From an uncultured Acidimicrobiaceae bacterium (GTDB lineage: Bacteria; Actinomycetota; Acidimicrobiia; Spongiisociales; UBA5794), in NCBI GenBank assembly GCA_964347305.1, contig CAYFYC010000004.1:12784-76783 (forward strand): a stretch of DNA of 64,000 nt. Direction: 5' to 3'. Made by a program: the position numbers and the translations under genes. A model generated the notes under the pieces. That model searched no databases and was not told where the DNA came from. It saw only the letters and a list, made by a program, of their open reading frames with translations. Below are positions 10,067-19,573 of this stretch, piece after piece. Position 1 is the stretch's first letter. Each line of letters starts with the position of its first letter.

Positions 10067-10668
10067 GCGAGGCCGCCGACTTCTACCGCCTCGTTCGGCA
10101 CCGGCGCATGATCCGCAACTACACCGACGAGCCGGTCGACCGTGCAGCAGTCGAACGGATCGTGGAAGCCGCCAGACGAGGCCCCTCCGCAGGCTTCAGC
10201 CAGGGTCAGGCCTTCGTCGTGGTCACCGACAGCGAGACGCGAGCCGAGATCGCCCGGCTCGCCTCCGAGCCCGAGTACGTCGCACGTGGATTCGATCCGT
10301 GGATCTCGCGTGCCCCGGCCCACATCGTCGTGTGCACGTCGGAGAAGGTGTACAAGGACCGTTACGCCGAGCCGGACAAGTCCCCGGACGGGACCGAACA
10401 CGACTGGCCCGTCCCCTACTGGTGGGTCGATGCGGGCGCCGCCCTCATGACGATCCTGCTCGGCGCCGTCGCGGAGGGTCTCGCCGCAGGCTTCCTCGGC
10501 TCTCACGCATTCGGCGACATCAAGACCCTGCTCGGCATTCCAGACGACGTCGAACCGATCGGCATCGTCACGCTGGGCCGTCCTGCACCCGATCGCCGCT
10601 CCAGCTCGCTCGAGCGAGGGTGGAAGGATGCCGGAAACGTGATCCACTTCGAGCGGTGGACGCCGTGA
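10063..10668 (+). CDS. Nitroreductase family protein
   Basis: RHRRMIRNYTDEPVDRAAVERIVEAARRGPSAGFSQG matches the nitroreductase N-terminal signature. The ATG at 10063 overlaps the pntB stop (ATGA). The rest of track ORF 8620..10668 is artefactual. Confidence 0.8.
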   Translation: MSEAADFYRLVRHRRMIRNYTDEPVDRAAVERIVEAARRGPSAGFSQGQAFVVVTDSETRAEIARLASEPEYVARGFDPWISRAPAHIVVCTSEKVYKDRYAEPDKSPDGTEHDWPVPYWWVDAGAALMTILLGAVAEGLAAGFLGSHAFGDIKTLLGIPDDVEPIGIVTLGRPAPDRRSSSLERGWKDAGNVIHFERWTP

Positions 10669-10756
10669 GCCGAACAGGACCTAATGCTGTCCGGGGATAC
10701 AACGGTCACGCGGTAGGATCGGTCGTCCCGATTCGGATTCCCCGAGGAGCGGCTGC

Positions 10757-11947
10757 GTGAGCACGTGGACCTTCACATCCGAGTCCGTCACCGAGGGTCA
10801 CCCCGACAAGATGGCGGATCAGATCTCCGACGCGGTCCTCGATGCCTTTCTCGCCGAGGACCCGAACAGCCGCGTGGCGTGCGAGACCCTGGTCACGACC
10901 GGGCTCACCGTGGTCACCGGCGAGGTGGACTCCACGGCGTCGGTCGACGTCGAAGCGGTTGCGCGGGCGACGATCCTCGACATCGGGTACGACCGACCGG
11001 AGCTCGGGTTCGATGGCCGCACCGTCGACATCGACGTCCGGCTCGATCAGCAGTCGATCGACATCGCTCGCGGCGTCGACGACTCGGAAGAAGCGCGCTC
11101 AGCCCGCGCCGTCGACGAACTCGATCGCCAGGGCGCAGGCGACCAGGGCATGATGTTCGGTTACGCCACGAACGAGACCGAAACCCTCATGCCGCTGCCG
11201 ATCCACGTCGCCCATCGGATCGCCGAGCGCCTGAGTGCAGTCCGCAAGTCGGGTGCGCTCGCCTATCTGCGCCCCGACGGCAAGACGCAGGTCACCTTCG
11301 AGTACGAGGGCAACCGCCCCATCCGGTTGCGCTCCGTGGTCGTGTCGACGCAGCACGAGCCGGGCGTCGATCGGGACACGACCATCAGACCCGACGTGCT
11401 CGAGTGGGTGATTCGTCCCTCGCTCCCCGAGGCATTCGCAGAAGATCCCTACGAGGTGTGGATCAACCCGACCGGTCGCTTCGTGGTCGGCGGACCTGTC
11501 GGCGACGCCGGGCTCACGGGGCGCAAGATCATCGTCGACACGTACGGCGGCATGGGCCGTCACGGTGGCGGCGCCTTCTCCGGCAAGGATCCCTCCAAGG
11601 TCGACCGATCGGCGGCCTATGCCGCCCGGTGGGTCGCCAAGCACGTCGTCGCCGCCGGCGCGGCCGACCGCTGCGAGGTCCAGGTGGCCTATGCGATCGG
11701 GGTGGCCCAGCCGATGTCGATCCTCGTCGAGACGTTCGGCACCGCCGAAGTCGACACGGGGAAGCTCGAGGCGACGGTGACGGAGCTCTTCGATCTGCGC
11801 CCTGCCGCCATCATCGCCGATCTCGACCTGCGCCGGCCCATCTACGCCGCGACGTCGGCGTACGGCCACTTCGGCAAGGTGGACCCGCTCCTTCCGTGGG
11901 AGGAGACGCCTCGCGTGGACGAGCTCCGGTCGGCGCTGGGGCTGTGA
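10757..11947 (+). CDS. metK: S-adenosylmethionine synthetase
   Basis: [50 protein letters not shown]. Confidence 0.95.
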   Translation: MSTWTFTSESVTEGHPDKMADQISDAVLDAFLAEDPNSRVACETLVTTGLTVVTGEVDSTASVDVEAVARATILDIGYDRPELGFDGRTVDIDVRLDQQSIDIARGVDDSEEARSARAVDELDRQGAGDQGMMFGYATNETETLMPLPIHVAHRIAERLSAVRKSGALAYLRPDGKTQVTFEYEGNRPIRLRSVVVSTQHEPGVDRDTTIRPDVLEWVIRPSLPEAFAEDPYEVWINPTGRFVVGGPVGDAGLTGRKIIVDTYGGMGRHGGGAFSGKDPSKVDRSAAYAARWVAKHVVAAGAADRCEVQVAYAIGVAQPMSILVETFGTAEVDTGKLEATVTELFDLRPAAIIADLDLRRPIYAATSAYGHFGKVDPLLPWEETPRVDELRSALGL

Positions 11948-13173
11948 CGGCGGCGACTGCGCTCGACGCAGCCGACGCGCTGGCGTCGTATCGATCCAGG
12001 TTCGTCATCACCGACGACGACGTGATCTACCTCGACGGCAACAGCCTCGGTCGCATGCCCGTTGCCGCGGCCGAGGTCCTCGAACACACGGCTCGCCACG
12101 AGTGGGCTGACGGGCTCGTGAGGAGCTGGCACGAGTGGATCGACCTTCCGACCAGGATCGGCGCCATCGTCGCTAGCCTCGTCGGGGCCCGTGCAGACGA
12201 GGTCGCGATGAGCGACCAGACCTCGATCAACCTGTTCAAACTGGCTTCGGCGGCGTTGACGGACGACCGGCCCGACATCGTCACCGACACCACCAATTTC
12301 CCCTCCGACATCTACGTGCTGAAGGAGATCGCAGCACGGGCCGGAGGTCGACTTCGCCTCGTGTCGAGCGACGATCTGACGGGTCCCTCTCCCGACACCA
12401 TCGCTCCCCATCTCGACAACCGGGTCGGGCTCGTCAGCCTCAGCCACGTCGCCTTCAAGTCCGGCGCCATCACGGACCTCGCGTCGATGACCGAACTGGC
12501 CCACCGCCACGGGGCGATGGTCCTGTTCGACTGCTCCCACTCGATCGGGGCCATACCGGTCGGTCTGAGCGAGATCGGTGCGGACCTGGCGATCGGCTGC
12601 ACCTACAAGCACTGCAACGGCGGGCCGGGGGCGCCGGCATTTCTCTACGTGCGTCACGACCTGCAGGAGCGGATCGTCCAGCCGATCCACGGCTGGTGGG
12701 GACACGACGCGATGTTCGCCTTCAGCACGGAGTACGTGCCGGCACCGGACATGCGCCGCTTCCAGACCGGTACGCCCGGCGTCCTCGGCATGCGAGCCGC
12801 CGAACCAGGCATCGCGATGGTCGCCGAAGCAGGCCTGGACGCGATCAGGACGAAAGGGATCGCCCTCGGCGATCTCCTCGAAGCCGGCTTCGACGAGCGT
12901 CTCGCACCACTCGGGTACTCCTTCGGATCACCCCGCGGTGCCGCCAACCGGGGCCATCACCTGGCGCTCCGGCATCCCGAAGGCCACAGGATCACGAAAG
13001 CACTCATCGCCCGAAAGGTGATCCCCGATTTCCGCGCCCCGGACAACATCCGCATCGGCGTCAGCCCGCTCTATCAGCGCCACGTGGAGATGCCGGCAGC
13101 CGTCGCAGCCCTCGCCGACGTGGTGGAGTCCGGCGAACATCTCGCATTCGACACCGCGGCCCGCGTCACCTGA
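11944..13173 (+). CDS. kynU: Kynureninase
   Basis: [18 protein letters not shown] and [18 protein letters not shown] (PLP-Lys region) align by eye along most of the length with bacterial kynureninases. The GTG start overlaps the metK stop (GTGA). Confidence 0.85.
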   Translation: MTAATALDAADALASYRSRFVITDDDVIYLDGNSLGRMPVAAAEVLEHTARHEWADGLVRSWHEWIDLPTRIGAIVASLVGARADEVAMSDQTSINLFKLASAALTDDRPDIVTDTTNFPSDIYVLKEIAARAGGRLRLVSSDDLTGPSPDTIAPHLDNRVGLVSLSHVAFKSGAITDLASMTELAHRHGAMVLFDCSHSIGAIPVGLSEIGADLAIGCTYKHCNGGPGAPAFLYVRHDLQERIVQPIHGWWGHDAMFAFSTEYVPAPDMRRFQTGTPGVLGMRAAEPGIAMVAEAGLDAIRTKGIALGDLLEAGFDERLAPLGYSFGSPRGAANRGHHLALRHPEGHRITKALIARKVIPDFRAPDNIRIGVSPLYQRHVEMPAAVAALADVVESGEHLAFDTAARVT

Positions 13174-13175
13174 CG

Positions 13176-14069
13176 TCAGCGGCGCGCGATCGGCTGGATC
13201 GCCTGCCTCGGGCCGAACTTCGGCGCCGAGATCCCCGCCGCCTTGAGCAGCATGACGACGCGCCGCCGATGACCCCGATACGGTTCCAGGAGCTCGAGCA
13301 TCCTGGCGTCGTCGGCACGGGCCTCCCCCGCCAGCGCCCAGGCCACCATGTTGGGGATGTGATAGTCGCCCACCGAGACGGTGTCGGGGTCGCCGCGGGA
13401 GACACCCATCACCGCGGCCGCGGTCCATGGACCGATCCCTTCGATCGATTGCAGACGCTCCCAGGCCTCCTGCCGCGACATGCCGATCGACTCCTCCAGT
13501 CGGGCGATCCGCCGCGCCGCCTCGATCAGCGTGCTCGCCCTCGACCGCTCGATCCCGTGGGGGTGGAGGTCCTCCCACGAGCATGCGGCGATGCAGTCCG
13601 GTCGTGGCGGCGTGCGCATGCCGTACGGCCCCGGCGCCGGTTCGCCGAACTCCCGGGCGAGCATGCGATACGACCGGCGCGCCTCGCGGCTCGTGACTCG
13701 CTGACCGAGGATCGCCTGGGCGAGGGTGTCCCACACGACGCCGGTCGCACCCAACCTCAGCCCGGCAAACCGGCGATGCAGCCTTCCCACGAGACCGTCG
13801 CCCGGCTCGAAGCCCGACACGTCGTCGTGGCATCCGGCGATCTCGGGGGCGCGAGCGAGAGCCCAGTCGGCGCCGGGTCCCCACGCTTCTGCGCGCATCT
13901 CGCCGGCCGCGGTCGTGAAGGCGACGGTCACGGGTCCCGGAGGAGCGATGGTCGCCCAGACGATGCTCCGGTCGTCGCGTACCATCGAGCCGCGGGCGGC
14001 GCGCATCTCGAGGAACCCGAGGGTGCGGACCGCGTCATAGCGGAGCGGCACGGAGAAGGTCCGGTGCAT
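13176..14069 (-). CDS. HhH-GPD DNA glycosylase (AlkA-like DNA-3-methyladenine glycosylase II)
   Basis: LQSIEGIGPWTAAAVMGVSRGDPDTVSVGDYHIPN matches a helix-hairpin-helix GPD motif with the catalytic Asp. The start is chosen at MHRTFSVPL; the upstream part of the track ORF is Arg/Gly-rich junk. Confidence 0.75.
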   Translation of the reverse strand: MHRTFSVPLRYDAVRTLGFLEMRAARGSMVRDDRSIVWATIAPPGPVTVAFTTAAGEMRAEAWGPGADWALARAPEIAGCHDDVSGFEPGDGLVGRLHRRFAGLRLGATGVVWDTLAQAILGQRVTSREARRSYRMLAREFGEPAPGPYGMRTPPRPDCIAACSWEDLHPHGIERSRASTLIEAARRIARLEESIGMSRQEAWERLQSIEGIGPWTAAAVMGVSRGDPDTVSVGDYHIPNMVAWALAGEARADDARMLELLEPYRGHRRRVVMLLKAAGISAPKFGPRQAIQPIARR

Positions 14070-14150
14070 GACGCTGGAAGCTAGCCGGTGTCGAGCTTCA
14101 GCAGGGCGCGAATCACGCCGATCCAACTCGAGGACGACAGAGGTGCGCAC

Positions 14151-15080
14151 ATGACCGATCGCAACGACAACGACACTCCCACCTCCTCCGAGGATCTCGT
14201 GAGACGAGCCCGCGAGGAGTTGTTCGGGAACGGCCGGGACGACACCGACGACGGGCATGCCGCGGTCGAGTCGTCTGTCACGTCGCAAGACGTGACCTCT
14301 TCGGTCGATCCCGTCGTCGACGAGTACGCCGAGTTCCTTCGCACCACACGGGAGGGCGATGAGCCGGCTGCTGTGCCCGAGCAAGGTTCTGCCGAGCCGT
14401 TCGAGCCCGACGACGAAGCCCCGACTCACGTGCCGACGGTGCTGAGCGACGAGGAACTGGCGCAGTCGTGGGACACCGCACCCGCACCGACGGCCGACCG
14501 TCGCTCATGGGATCCGAACTGGTCGCCCGGCGAAGCCACCTACGACTACGACCAACCGGTCGGTGGGCCTGACCCGAGTGTGCTGCCTCCACCCAGCCCT
14601 TCTGGTCGGCGATCCGGCGGAGGCGGGAAACTCGGTCCATGGATCATCGGTCTCGTGATCTTCGGGGGTTTCGTGCTGTTCAATGTCCTGGACAACACGA
14701 CGTCGGTCGCCTCGCTGAGCGAAGGCGACTGCATCCAGGATCCAGGGCTCGTCGAGGTCATCGAGAACGTCGAGGCCGTCGGCTGCAACGAGCCCCACGA
14801 GGTCGAGGTGTTCGCCGTCGTCGAGTTGAACCAACCCGACGGCTCGCGTTTCCCGGGCAACGATGCGGTCTACGAAGACGGTATGGATCGCTGCCTTCCA
14901 CGCTTTGCCGGCTACGTCGGGACCTCGTACGAGGAGTCCGTCTACTGGGTGGACGCGTGGACTCCGATCGAAGAGGGCTGGGACCGCGGTGACCGCGAAG
15001 TGTTGTGCGTGATCTACGAGGTCACCGACAGCTTCGACATCAAGACGAACACGTTCTCGGCGCGCAACACCGGCCGCTGA
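14151..15080 (+). CDS. Membrane protein with a C-terminal septum-formation-type Cys-rich domain
   Basis: Acidic/Pro-rich N-terminal region, one TM (WIIGLVIFGGFVLFNVL), and a C-terminal CIQDPG...VGCNEPHEVEVFAVV...DRCLPRFAGYVG...EVLCVIYE pattern like the actinobacterial Septum_form domain. The start could instead be the GTG at 14088. Confidence 0.55.
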   Translation: MTDRNDNDTPTSSEDLVRRAREELFGNGRDDTDDGHAAVESSVTSQDVTSSVDPVVDEYAEFLRTTREGDEPAAVPEQGSAEPFEPDDEAPTHVPTVLSDEELAQSWDTAPAPTADRRSWDPNWSPGEATYDYDQPVGGPDPSVLPPPSPSGRRSGGGGKLGPWIIGLVIFGGFVLFNVLDNTTSVASLSEGDCIQDPGLVEVIENVEAVGCNEPHEVEVFAVVELNQPDGSRFPGNDAVYEDGMDRCLPRFAGYVGTSYEESVYWVDAWTPIEEGWDRGDREVLCVIYEVTDSFDIKTNTFSARNTGR

Positions 15081-15147
15081 CCCTTCCGCCGACGGTCTCC
15101 GCCTCACCCGTTCGAGACGCTTTGCTTTCGGGCGGCCAGCGACCATC

Positions 15148-16074
15148 ATGCCGCCCAGCATGACCGCCCTCCTCCTCGTCGGCGCCGGACAACTCGGCTC
15201 GGTCGCAGCCACGGCAGCAGTCGCCGATGGTGTCGTCTCATCACTCAGCGGCGTCGTCGATCCGGACCCGGCCGCCAGAGCCGCCTTCGGGGACGTACCG
15301 GGATTCGTCTCGACGCTCGATGTGCCTGCGGCGCGTGAAGGTGATCGGGCGCTGGTCGCCTTCTCATCGAGCGCAGAGGAGACGGCACCGGCGATCCTGC
15401 GTCTCGTGTCGGCCGGGTATCACGTCGTCACCACCGCAGAAGAGATGGCATGGCCACCCCGTCACATCTGGGAGGCGATGCACACGGCGGCGAAGAGCCA
15501 CCGCCGGACCATCATCATGACGGGAGCGAATCCCGGCTTCGTCATGGACCGGCTCCCCCTGGTTGCGGTCTCGGCCAGCCGCAGCGTCAAACACATCACC
15601 GTGAGACGGAGGGTCGACTCGGCGACACGGAGAGACACGCTCGTCGCCAAGACGGGTCGCGGGCTCTCTCGCGAGGAGTTCGATGCGGCGGTTGCCGACG
15701 GATCGGTGGGGCACCGCGGGATCATCGCCAGCGCCAAGCTCCTCGCCCACACGATCGGCTGGCCCACGCACGATCTGACCCACTCCATCGAACCCCTCAT
15801 CGGCGACGACGAACAGGTCAACGGTCTGCATCAGCGTGCGATGCTGCGAGCCGGCGATCGAAGCATCGACCTCGAACTCGTCATCGGATGGCGGATCGCT
15901 GACCCCGGAGACACGATCGTCGTGGACGGTGATCCTCCCATCCACCTCGAGTTCCCCGGCGGCTACCACGGCGACCAGGGAGCCGTGTCGCAGATCCTGG
16001 GGGCGCTGCGGCACTGCAACGAGCTCACCCCGAGTTTCTACCGCCCGACCGATCTCCCGCTCCGGTTCGGCTGA
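15148..16074 (+). CDS. DapB-like NAD(P)-binding oxidoreductase (dihydrodipicolinate reductase / amine dehydrogenase-like)
   Basis: N-terminal LLVGAGQLGS nucleotide-binding loop and the overall pattern resemble the DapB N-domain family. The assignment is weak. Confidence 0.45.
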   Translation: MPPSMTALLLVGAGQLGSVAATAAVADGVVSSLSGVVDPDPAARAAFGDVPGFVSTLDVPAAREGDRALVAFSSSAEETAPAILRLVSAGYHVVTTAEEMAWPPRHIWEAMHTAAKSHRRTIIMTGANPGFVMDRLPLVAVSASRSVKHITVRRRVDSATRRDTLVAKTGRGLSREEFDAAVADGSVGHRGIIASAKLLAHTIGWPTHDLTHSIEPLIGDDEQVNGLHQRAMLRAGDRSIDLELVIGWRIADPGDTIVVDGDPPIHLEFPGGYHGDQGAVSQILGALRHCNELTPSFYRPTDLPLRFG

Positions 16075-16100
16075 TCGACGCGGCGGCTAGCGTTTGCCGC

Positions 16101-18458
16101 ATGGGGTCCAGGCAGACGACGCTCAGCAGCCGCACCGCGCACCTCGTGGCGCTGACGCTCACCGCCGCCATCGCCCTCATGACAGTGCTCGGGGCTCCCG
16201 CTCTGGCGCAGACAGAGACGCTGCTGTGCGAGCCGTTCGAGGGCATCACGTGTGACGGCTGGTTCACCGACGATGCAGGCGTCGTCGGCGACGACGCCGT
16301 CGTCGAAGACGCCATCGACCGTGTGGTCGGTCGATACGGCGTCGAGATCGCCATCGTCATCGTCGCGGACACCGGGAACCGGTCCACTGCCGAGTTCGCG
16401 CTCGACCTGGGGAACGCCTGGGGCGTCGGAGATCCGGAACGGAACGACGGCGTCGTCATCGTGGTCGACCTCGAGGCGCGCAGGATCGAGCTGCAGGCGG
16501 GACCCGGTCTGCCGGCGTTCGACTACGAGCGCGTCACCGGAGCGGCCACGTCCTTCTACGCCGCAGGCGACTTCCAATCGGGCACGCTCGCCGTGATCGG
16601 CTCGCTCGAGCAGGAACTCCTCGACATCTTCGAGCCCGGTGAGGATCCTCTCCCGCCGGAGGTGACGTCCCCGGACCCGTCGCCCGCCCCATCCGGCGGA
16701 ACCGGTGCGGTCGGCTACGTCGTGGCCGGTGTCGCGCTGGTGGGCGGTGGTGCGTTGCTCGTCCGCCGGCGTCGTGACCAGGACGAGGCCACCCTCGCAC
16801 GCCGGGCGCGGAGGATCGACGACGTCGTGGCCCGGCTCGAGCCGTCGGCCGACGAGCTCGTGAAGCTCGACGATCACAGGCTCCCGGCACCGGGAAGACG
16901 GCCCGAGATCCCGACGATGGACGCGGTCCGAGCGCTCCAGGAGATCGCAGCGGCGGGGGCGACCCACGATGCGGCGGCGACGACGGCGCTCGCCGACGCA
17001 GACCTCATCGCACTCATCGACCGTGACGGCTTGCTGGCGGAGACCAGGGTGCCATTCGAGCTGGCGGTCTCCGACGAACGCGACATCCTCGAGGGGGCGC
17101 TCCAGGCCGCGATCGAGGCGGCCGGTGATGTGCCCGCACGCAACGAGGAGGAGTTCACCGTCCGGCTCGGCGAGCTCGAGCGCATCATCGTCTCGTTGCG
17201 CCCGCACCGGGTTGCGGCCGATCGGCAGCGGAGCGCGGAAGCGCTCGCCGCCCGGCTCGCCGAGACTCCGCTCGGACCGGCGACCACGACCGACGGTGGG
17301 GAGCGGCTCCTGAAGGCGGCTCCGGCGCTCGACGGCGCCAACACGATTCAGGAATCGGTCGCCGAACTGGAGAGCGTGTACGCCACGGCACAGGAGAAGA
17401 CGCAGCGTCTCGCCCGCCTCTACGAGCGGCTCCCGGCCAACACCGCTCGACCGGCGGTGGCCGCCGCCCTCGCCGACGTCCATCGCAACGAGGACACGGC
17501 GGTGGAGCGCTACGAGAAGATCAGGCGGCGTCTGCAGGAGACCGGTTCCAGCCTCGAGGCCGACGGGTTGTCGATCCCGGCAGTCGCCGCGTTGCTCCTC
17601 ATGAACAACACCGGAGCCGACCTCGATCGTTTCGTCTCTGCCTACGAGTTGCACCGGGATCGGGGACGCGAGCCCGGGGAGAGCGTCGAGCTCGCCCTGG
17701 CCGGGATCACCCACAAGTCGGACATCCACCTCGTGCGGAAGGAAGCGGAGCGCCTCGGATTGCCGATCTCCCTCACCGTGGCGTTGCTGCGGAGCCGTGA
17801 CGACGGTCCCGAGGTCTTCCGCCAGATCCGCGACGAGCTCACCGCGCACGGGATGAAAGCCGACACCAGGCGAACCATCGCCGGCATCCTGGCCGTTTCG
17901 CTCGAGCCTGCCCTCGCCACCCAGCGCTGGCTGGCGGCACGGGAGGCACTCGCGGCGCTCGGACTCGAAGGTGCGTACGCCGATGTGGCGGCGGCCTTCG
18001 GAGCGTCCGACCCGAGAGGCCCACGGGTGTTTGCGCTCGCCTACGCAGCACAACGCCAGGCCCTGGCTCGGAGCGACATCCGGGATGCCGACCGCTTTGC
18101 GCCCGAGCTCGCCCATCAGGGCACGCGGCGCCAGCGGGACTCGTGGACCGGGAGACCCATCCCGCCGGGCCTCGGGTCGTTCGACCCCTTCACGCTGCTC
18201 TTCTATCACTGGGTCATCACGAGGGGCCACCGTGGCTCGCTCGGCTGGGAGCCGATCTATCGCGACACGTCGTGGGCAGGCGATCGTGATTCGTGGTGGG
18301 GAGGCACCGGCGGGTTCGGCGGCTTCGGCGGCGGCATCTTCACGGGGAGCGGCGGTGGATCGTCGTGGGGTGGCGGCGGCTGGGGAGGCGGCGGCGGATT
18401 CGGTGGCTTCGGTGGCGGCGGGTTCGGCGGCGGCGGAGGCGGCGGTTCGTCCTGGTGA
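16101..18458 (+). CDS. TPM-domain membrane protein with a large helical insertion and a Gly/Trp-rich C-terminal tail
   Basis: Signal-like N-terminus, then a TPM-type region (WFTDDAGVVGDD...VEIAIVIVADTG...NDGVVIVVDLEARRIELQAGPGLP). One TM follows (VGYVVAGVALVGGGALLVRRRR), then about 500 aa rich in Ala/Leu/Arg/Glu, and the tail ends GGGGWGGGGGFGGFGGGGFGGGGGGGSSW. Confidence 0.7.
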   Translation: MGSRQTTLSSRTAHLVALTLTAAIALMTVLGAPALAQTETLLCEPFEGITCDGWFTDDAGVVGDDAVVEDAIDRVVGRYGVEIAIVIVADTGNRSTAEFALDLGNAWGVGDPERNDGVVIVVDLEARRIELQAGPGLPAFDYERVTGAATSFYAAGDFQSGTLAVIGSLEQELLDIFEPGEDPLPPEVTSPDPSPAPSGGTGAVGYVVAGVALVGGGALLVRRRRDQDEATLARRARRIDDVVARLEPSADELVKLDDHRLPAPGRRPEIPTMDAVRALQEIAAAGATHDAAATTALADADLIALIDRDGLLAETRVPFELAVSDERDILEGALQAAIEAAGDVPARNEEEFTVRLGELERIIVSLRPHRVAADRQRSAEALAARLAETPLGPATTTDGGERLLKAAPALDGANTIQESVAELESVYATAQEKTQRLARLYERLPANTARPAVAAALADVHRNEDTAVERYEKIRRRLQETGSSLEADGLSIPAVAALLLMNNTGADLDRFVSAYELHRDRGREPGESVELALAGITHKSDIHLVRKEAERLGLPISLTVALLRSRDDGPEVFRQIRDELTAHGMKADTRRTIAGILAVSLEPALATQRWLAAREALAALGLEGAYADVAAAFGASDPRGPRVFALAYAAQRQALARSDIRDADRFAPELAHQGTRRQRDSWTGRPIPPGLGSFDPFTLLFYHWVITRGHRGSLGWEPIYRDTSWAGDRDSWWGGTGGFGGFGGGIFTGSGGGSSWGGGGWGGGGGFGGFGGGGFGGGGGGGSSW
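18294..18455 (+). repeat. GGC/GGT-rich low-complexity coding repeat (Gly/Phe/Trp tail of the TPM protein)
   Basis: Runs of ggcggc/ggcttc codons are visible at 18300-18455. Confidence 0.8.
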
Positions 18459-19252
18459 GCGACGATCGCATCACGAGCACGGCCAATCCCCTGGTCAAGG
18501 AGCTCGCGACACTGGCGAGCCGGCGCGGTCGGGTCCGGGCCGGGGCGTTTCTCATCGAAGGACACCGCGAGGTCGTGCGGGCGCTGGCGACAGAACTCGA
18601 CATCGACCTCGTGATCGTGTGTCCCGAGCTGCTCGGCGAACGCCCGCTGCCCGACAGTCCCCTCGCCAGGGTCCTGCAACTGGGTGAAGCAGCCTTCCGG
18701 AAGGTGTCACGGCGACAGAGCCCGGACGGCATCGCGGTCAGAGCGGCCACACCTGCGCTCGATCTCGCATCCGTCGCAGTGCCCTCGGAGCCACTCGTGC
18801 TCGTTGCCGAGGGCATCGAGAAGCCGGGCAATCTCGGGGCCATGGTGCGCACCGCAGCGGCGCTGGGTGTCGACGCGGTCGTGTTCGCCGACCCGGTCAC
18901 CGACATCTACAACCCGAACGCCGTCCGCGCCTCACAGGGTGCCCTCTTCTCAGTGCCACTCGCCGCAGCCGGCACCGACGAGGTCATCGGCTGGCTCACC
19001 GACCATCGGATTCGCGCCGTTGCAGGCCATCCCGAGGGAGGCACGAGGCTGTGGGATGCCCAGTTGTGGAGCCCGGCGTCTGGTTCCGGAACAGCCATCG
19101 TCGTCGGATCCGAGGCCGACGGGCTCACCGAGGCGTGGAACGATGCGCTGCGGGTCACCATCCCCATACGCGGCACAGACGGGGCCGACTCGCTCAATGC
19201 GGCGACGGCGGCGGCGATCCTCCTGTACGAGGCCGTCCGACAACGGCGTTGA
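18455..19252 (+). CDS. TrmH/SpoU family RNA 2'-O-methyltransferase
   Basis: NPLVKEL..., EGIEKPGNLGAMVRTAAALGVD and IPIRGTDGADSLNAATAAAILLYE match the SpoU motifs. The GTG start overlaps the TPM gene stop (GTGA). Confidence 0.85.
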   Translation: MSDDRITSTANPLVKELATLASRRGRVRAGAFLIEGHREVVRALATELDIDLVIVCPELLGERPLPDSPLARVLQLGEAAFRKVSRRQSPDGIAVRAATPALDLASVAVPSEPLVLVAEGIEKPGNLGAMVRTAAALGVDAVVFADPVTDIYNPNAVRASQGALFSVPLAAAGTDEVIGWLTDHRIRAVAGHPEGGTRLWDAQLWSPASGSGTAIVVGSEADGLTEAWNDALRVTIPIRGTDGADSLNAATAAAILLYEAVRQRR

Positions 19253-19278
19253 CGGCACCGGCGCTGACGGCACCGGCG

Positions 19279-19491
19279 TCAGGACGGCTCCACCTCGACG
19301 ACCTCGATGGCATCATCACGGTCGCACCACCGGCACACCACCCGCGTCACGTCGGAGGAGTGCACCTCTTCCTCGTCGACATCCATGTCGCCACCGAGGG
19401 TGAAGTGGAGATACCGTCTCCGCTCGAGGCGCTCGTAGACGTCGAACCTCGTCCGGTTGCCACAGTGTGCGCAGCGATACGTGCTCGGCAT
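19279..19491 (-). CDS. Small zinc-ribbon protein (CxxC...CxxC)
   Basis: 70 aa with CAHC near the N-terminus and CRWC near the C-terminus. It is divergent from the exonuclease gene. Confidence 0.6.
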   Translation of the reverse strand: MPSTYRCAHCGNRTRFDVYERLERRRYLHFTLGGDMDVDEEEVHSSDVTRVVCRWCDRDDAIEVVEVEPS

Positions 19492-19540
19492 CGGTCGGAT
19501 CGTACCGTCGGACGGATGGGCTCATGCCCGAATCGTTGAC

Positions 19541-19556
19541 CCGAACACATGTTCGA
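19541..19556. promoter_or_regulatory. Candidate LexA (SOS) box
   Basis: CCGAACACATGTTCGA matches the actinobacterial consensus TCGAAC-N4-GTTCGA in 11 of 12 positions. It ends 18 nt upstream of the ATG at 19574. Confidence 0.55.
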
Positions 19557-19573
19557 TCTAGGTTGTCGCACCC

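Noticed and set aside
10669-10756. Possible SAM riboswitch upstream of metK
   Set aside because: The leader is only about 88 nt, and I could not find the conserved helices or junction sequences of the SAM-I or SAM-IV classes. An Rfam scan would be needed to be sure.
16038-18230. 730-aa minus-strand ORF antisense to the TPM-domain gene
   Set aside because: It is Arg/Gly/Glu/Pro-rich with no motifs, while the plus-strand gene has a coherent signal, TPM domain, TM helix and Gly-tail architecture.
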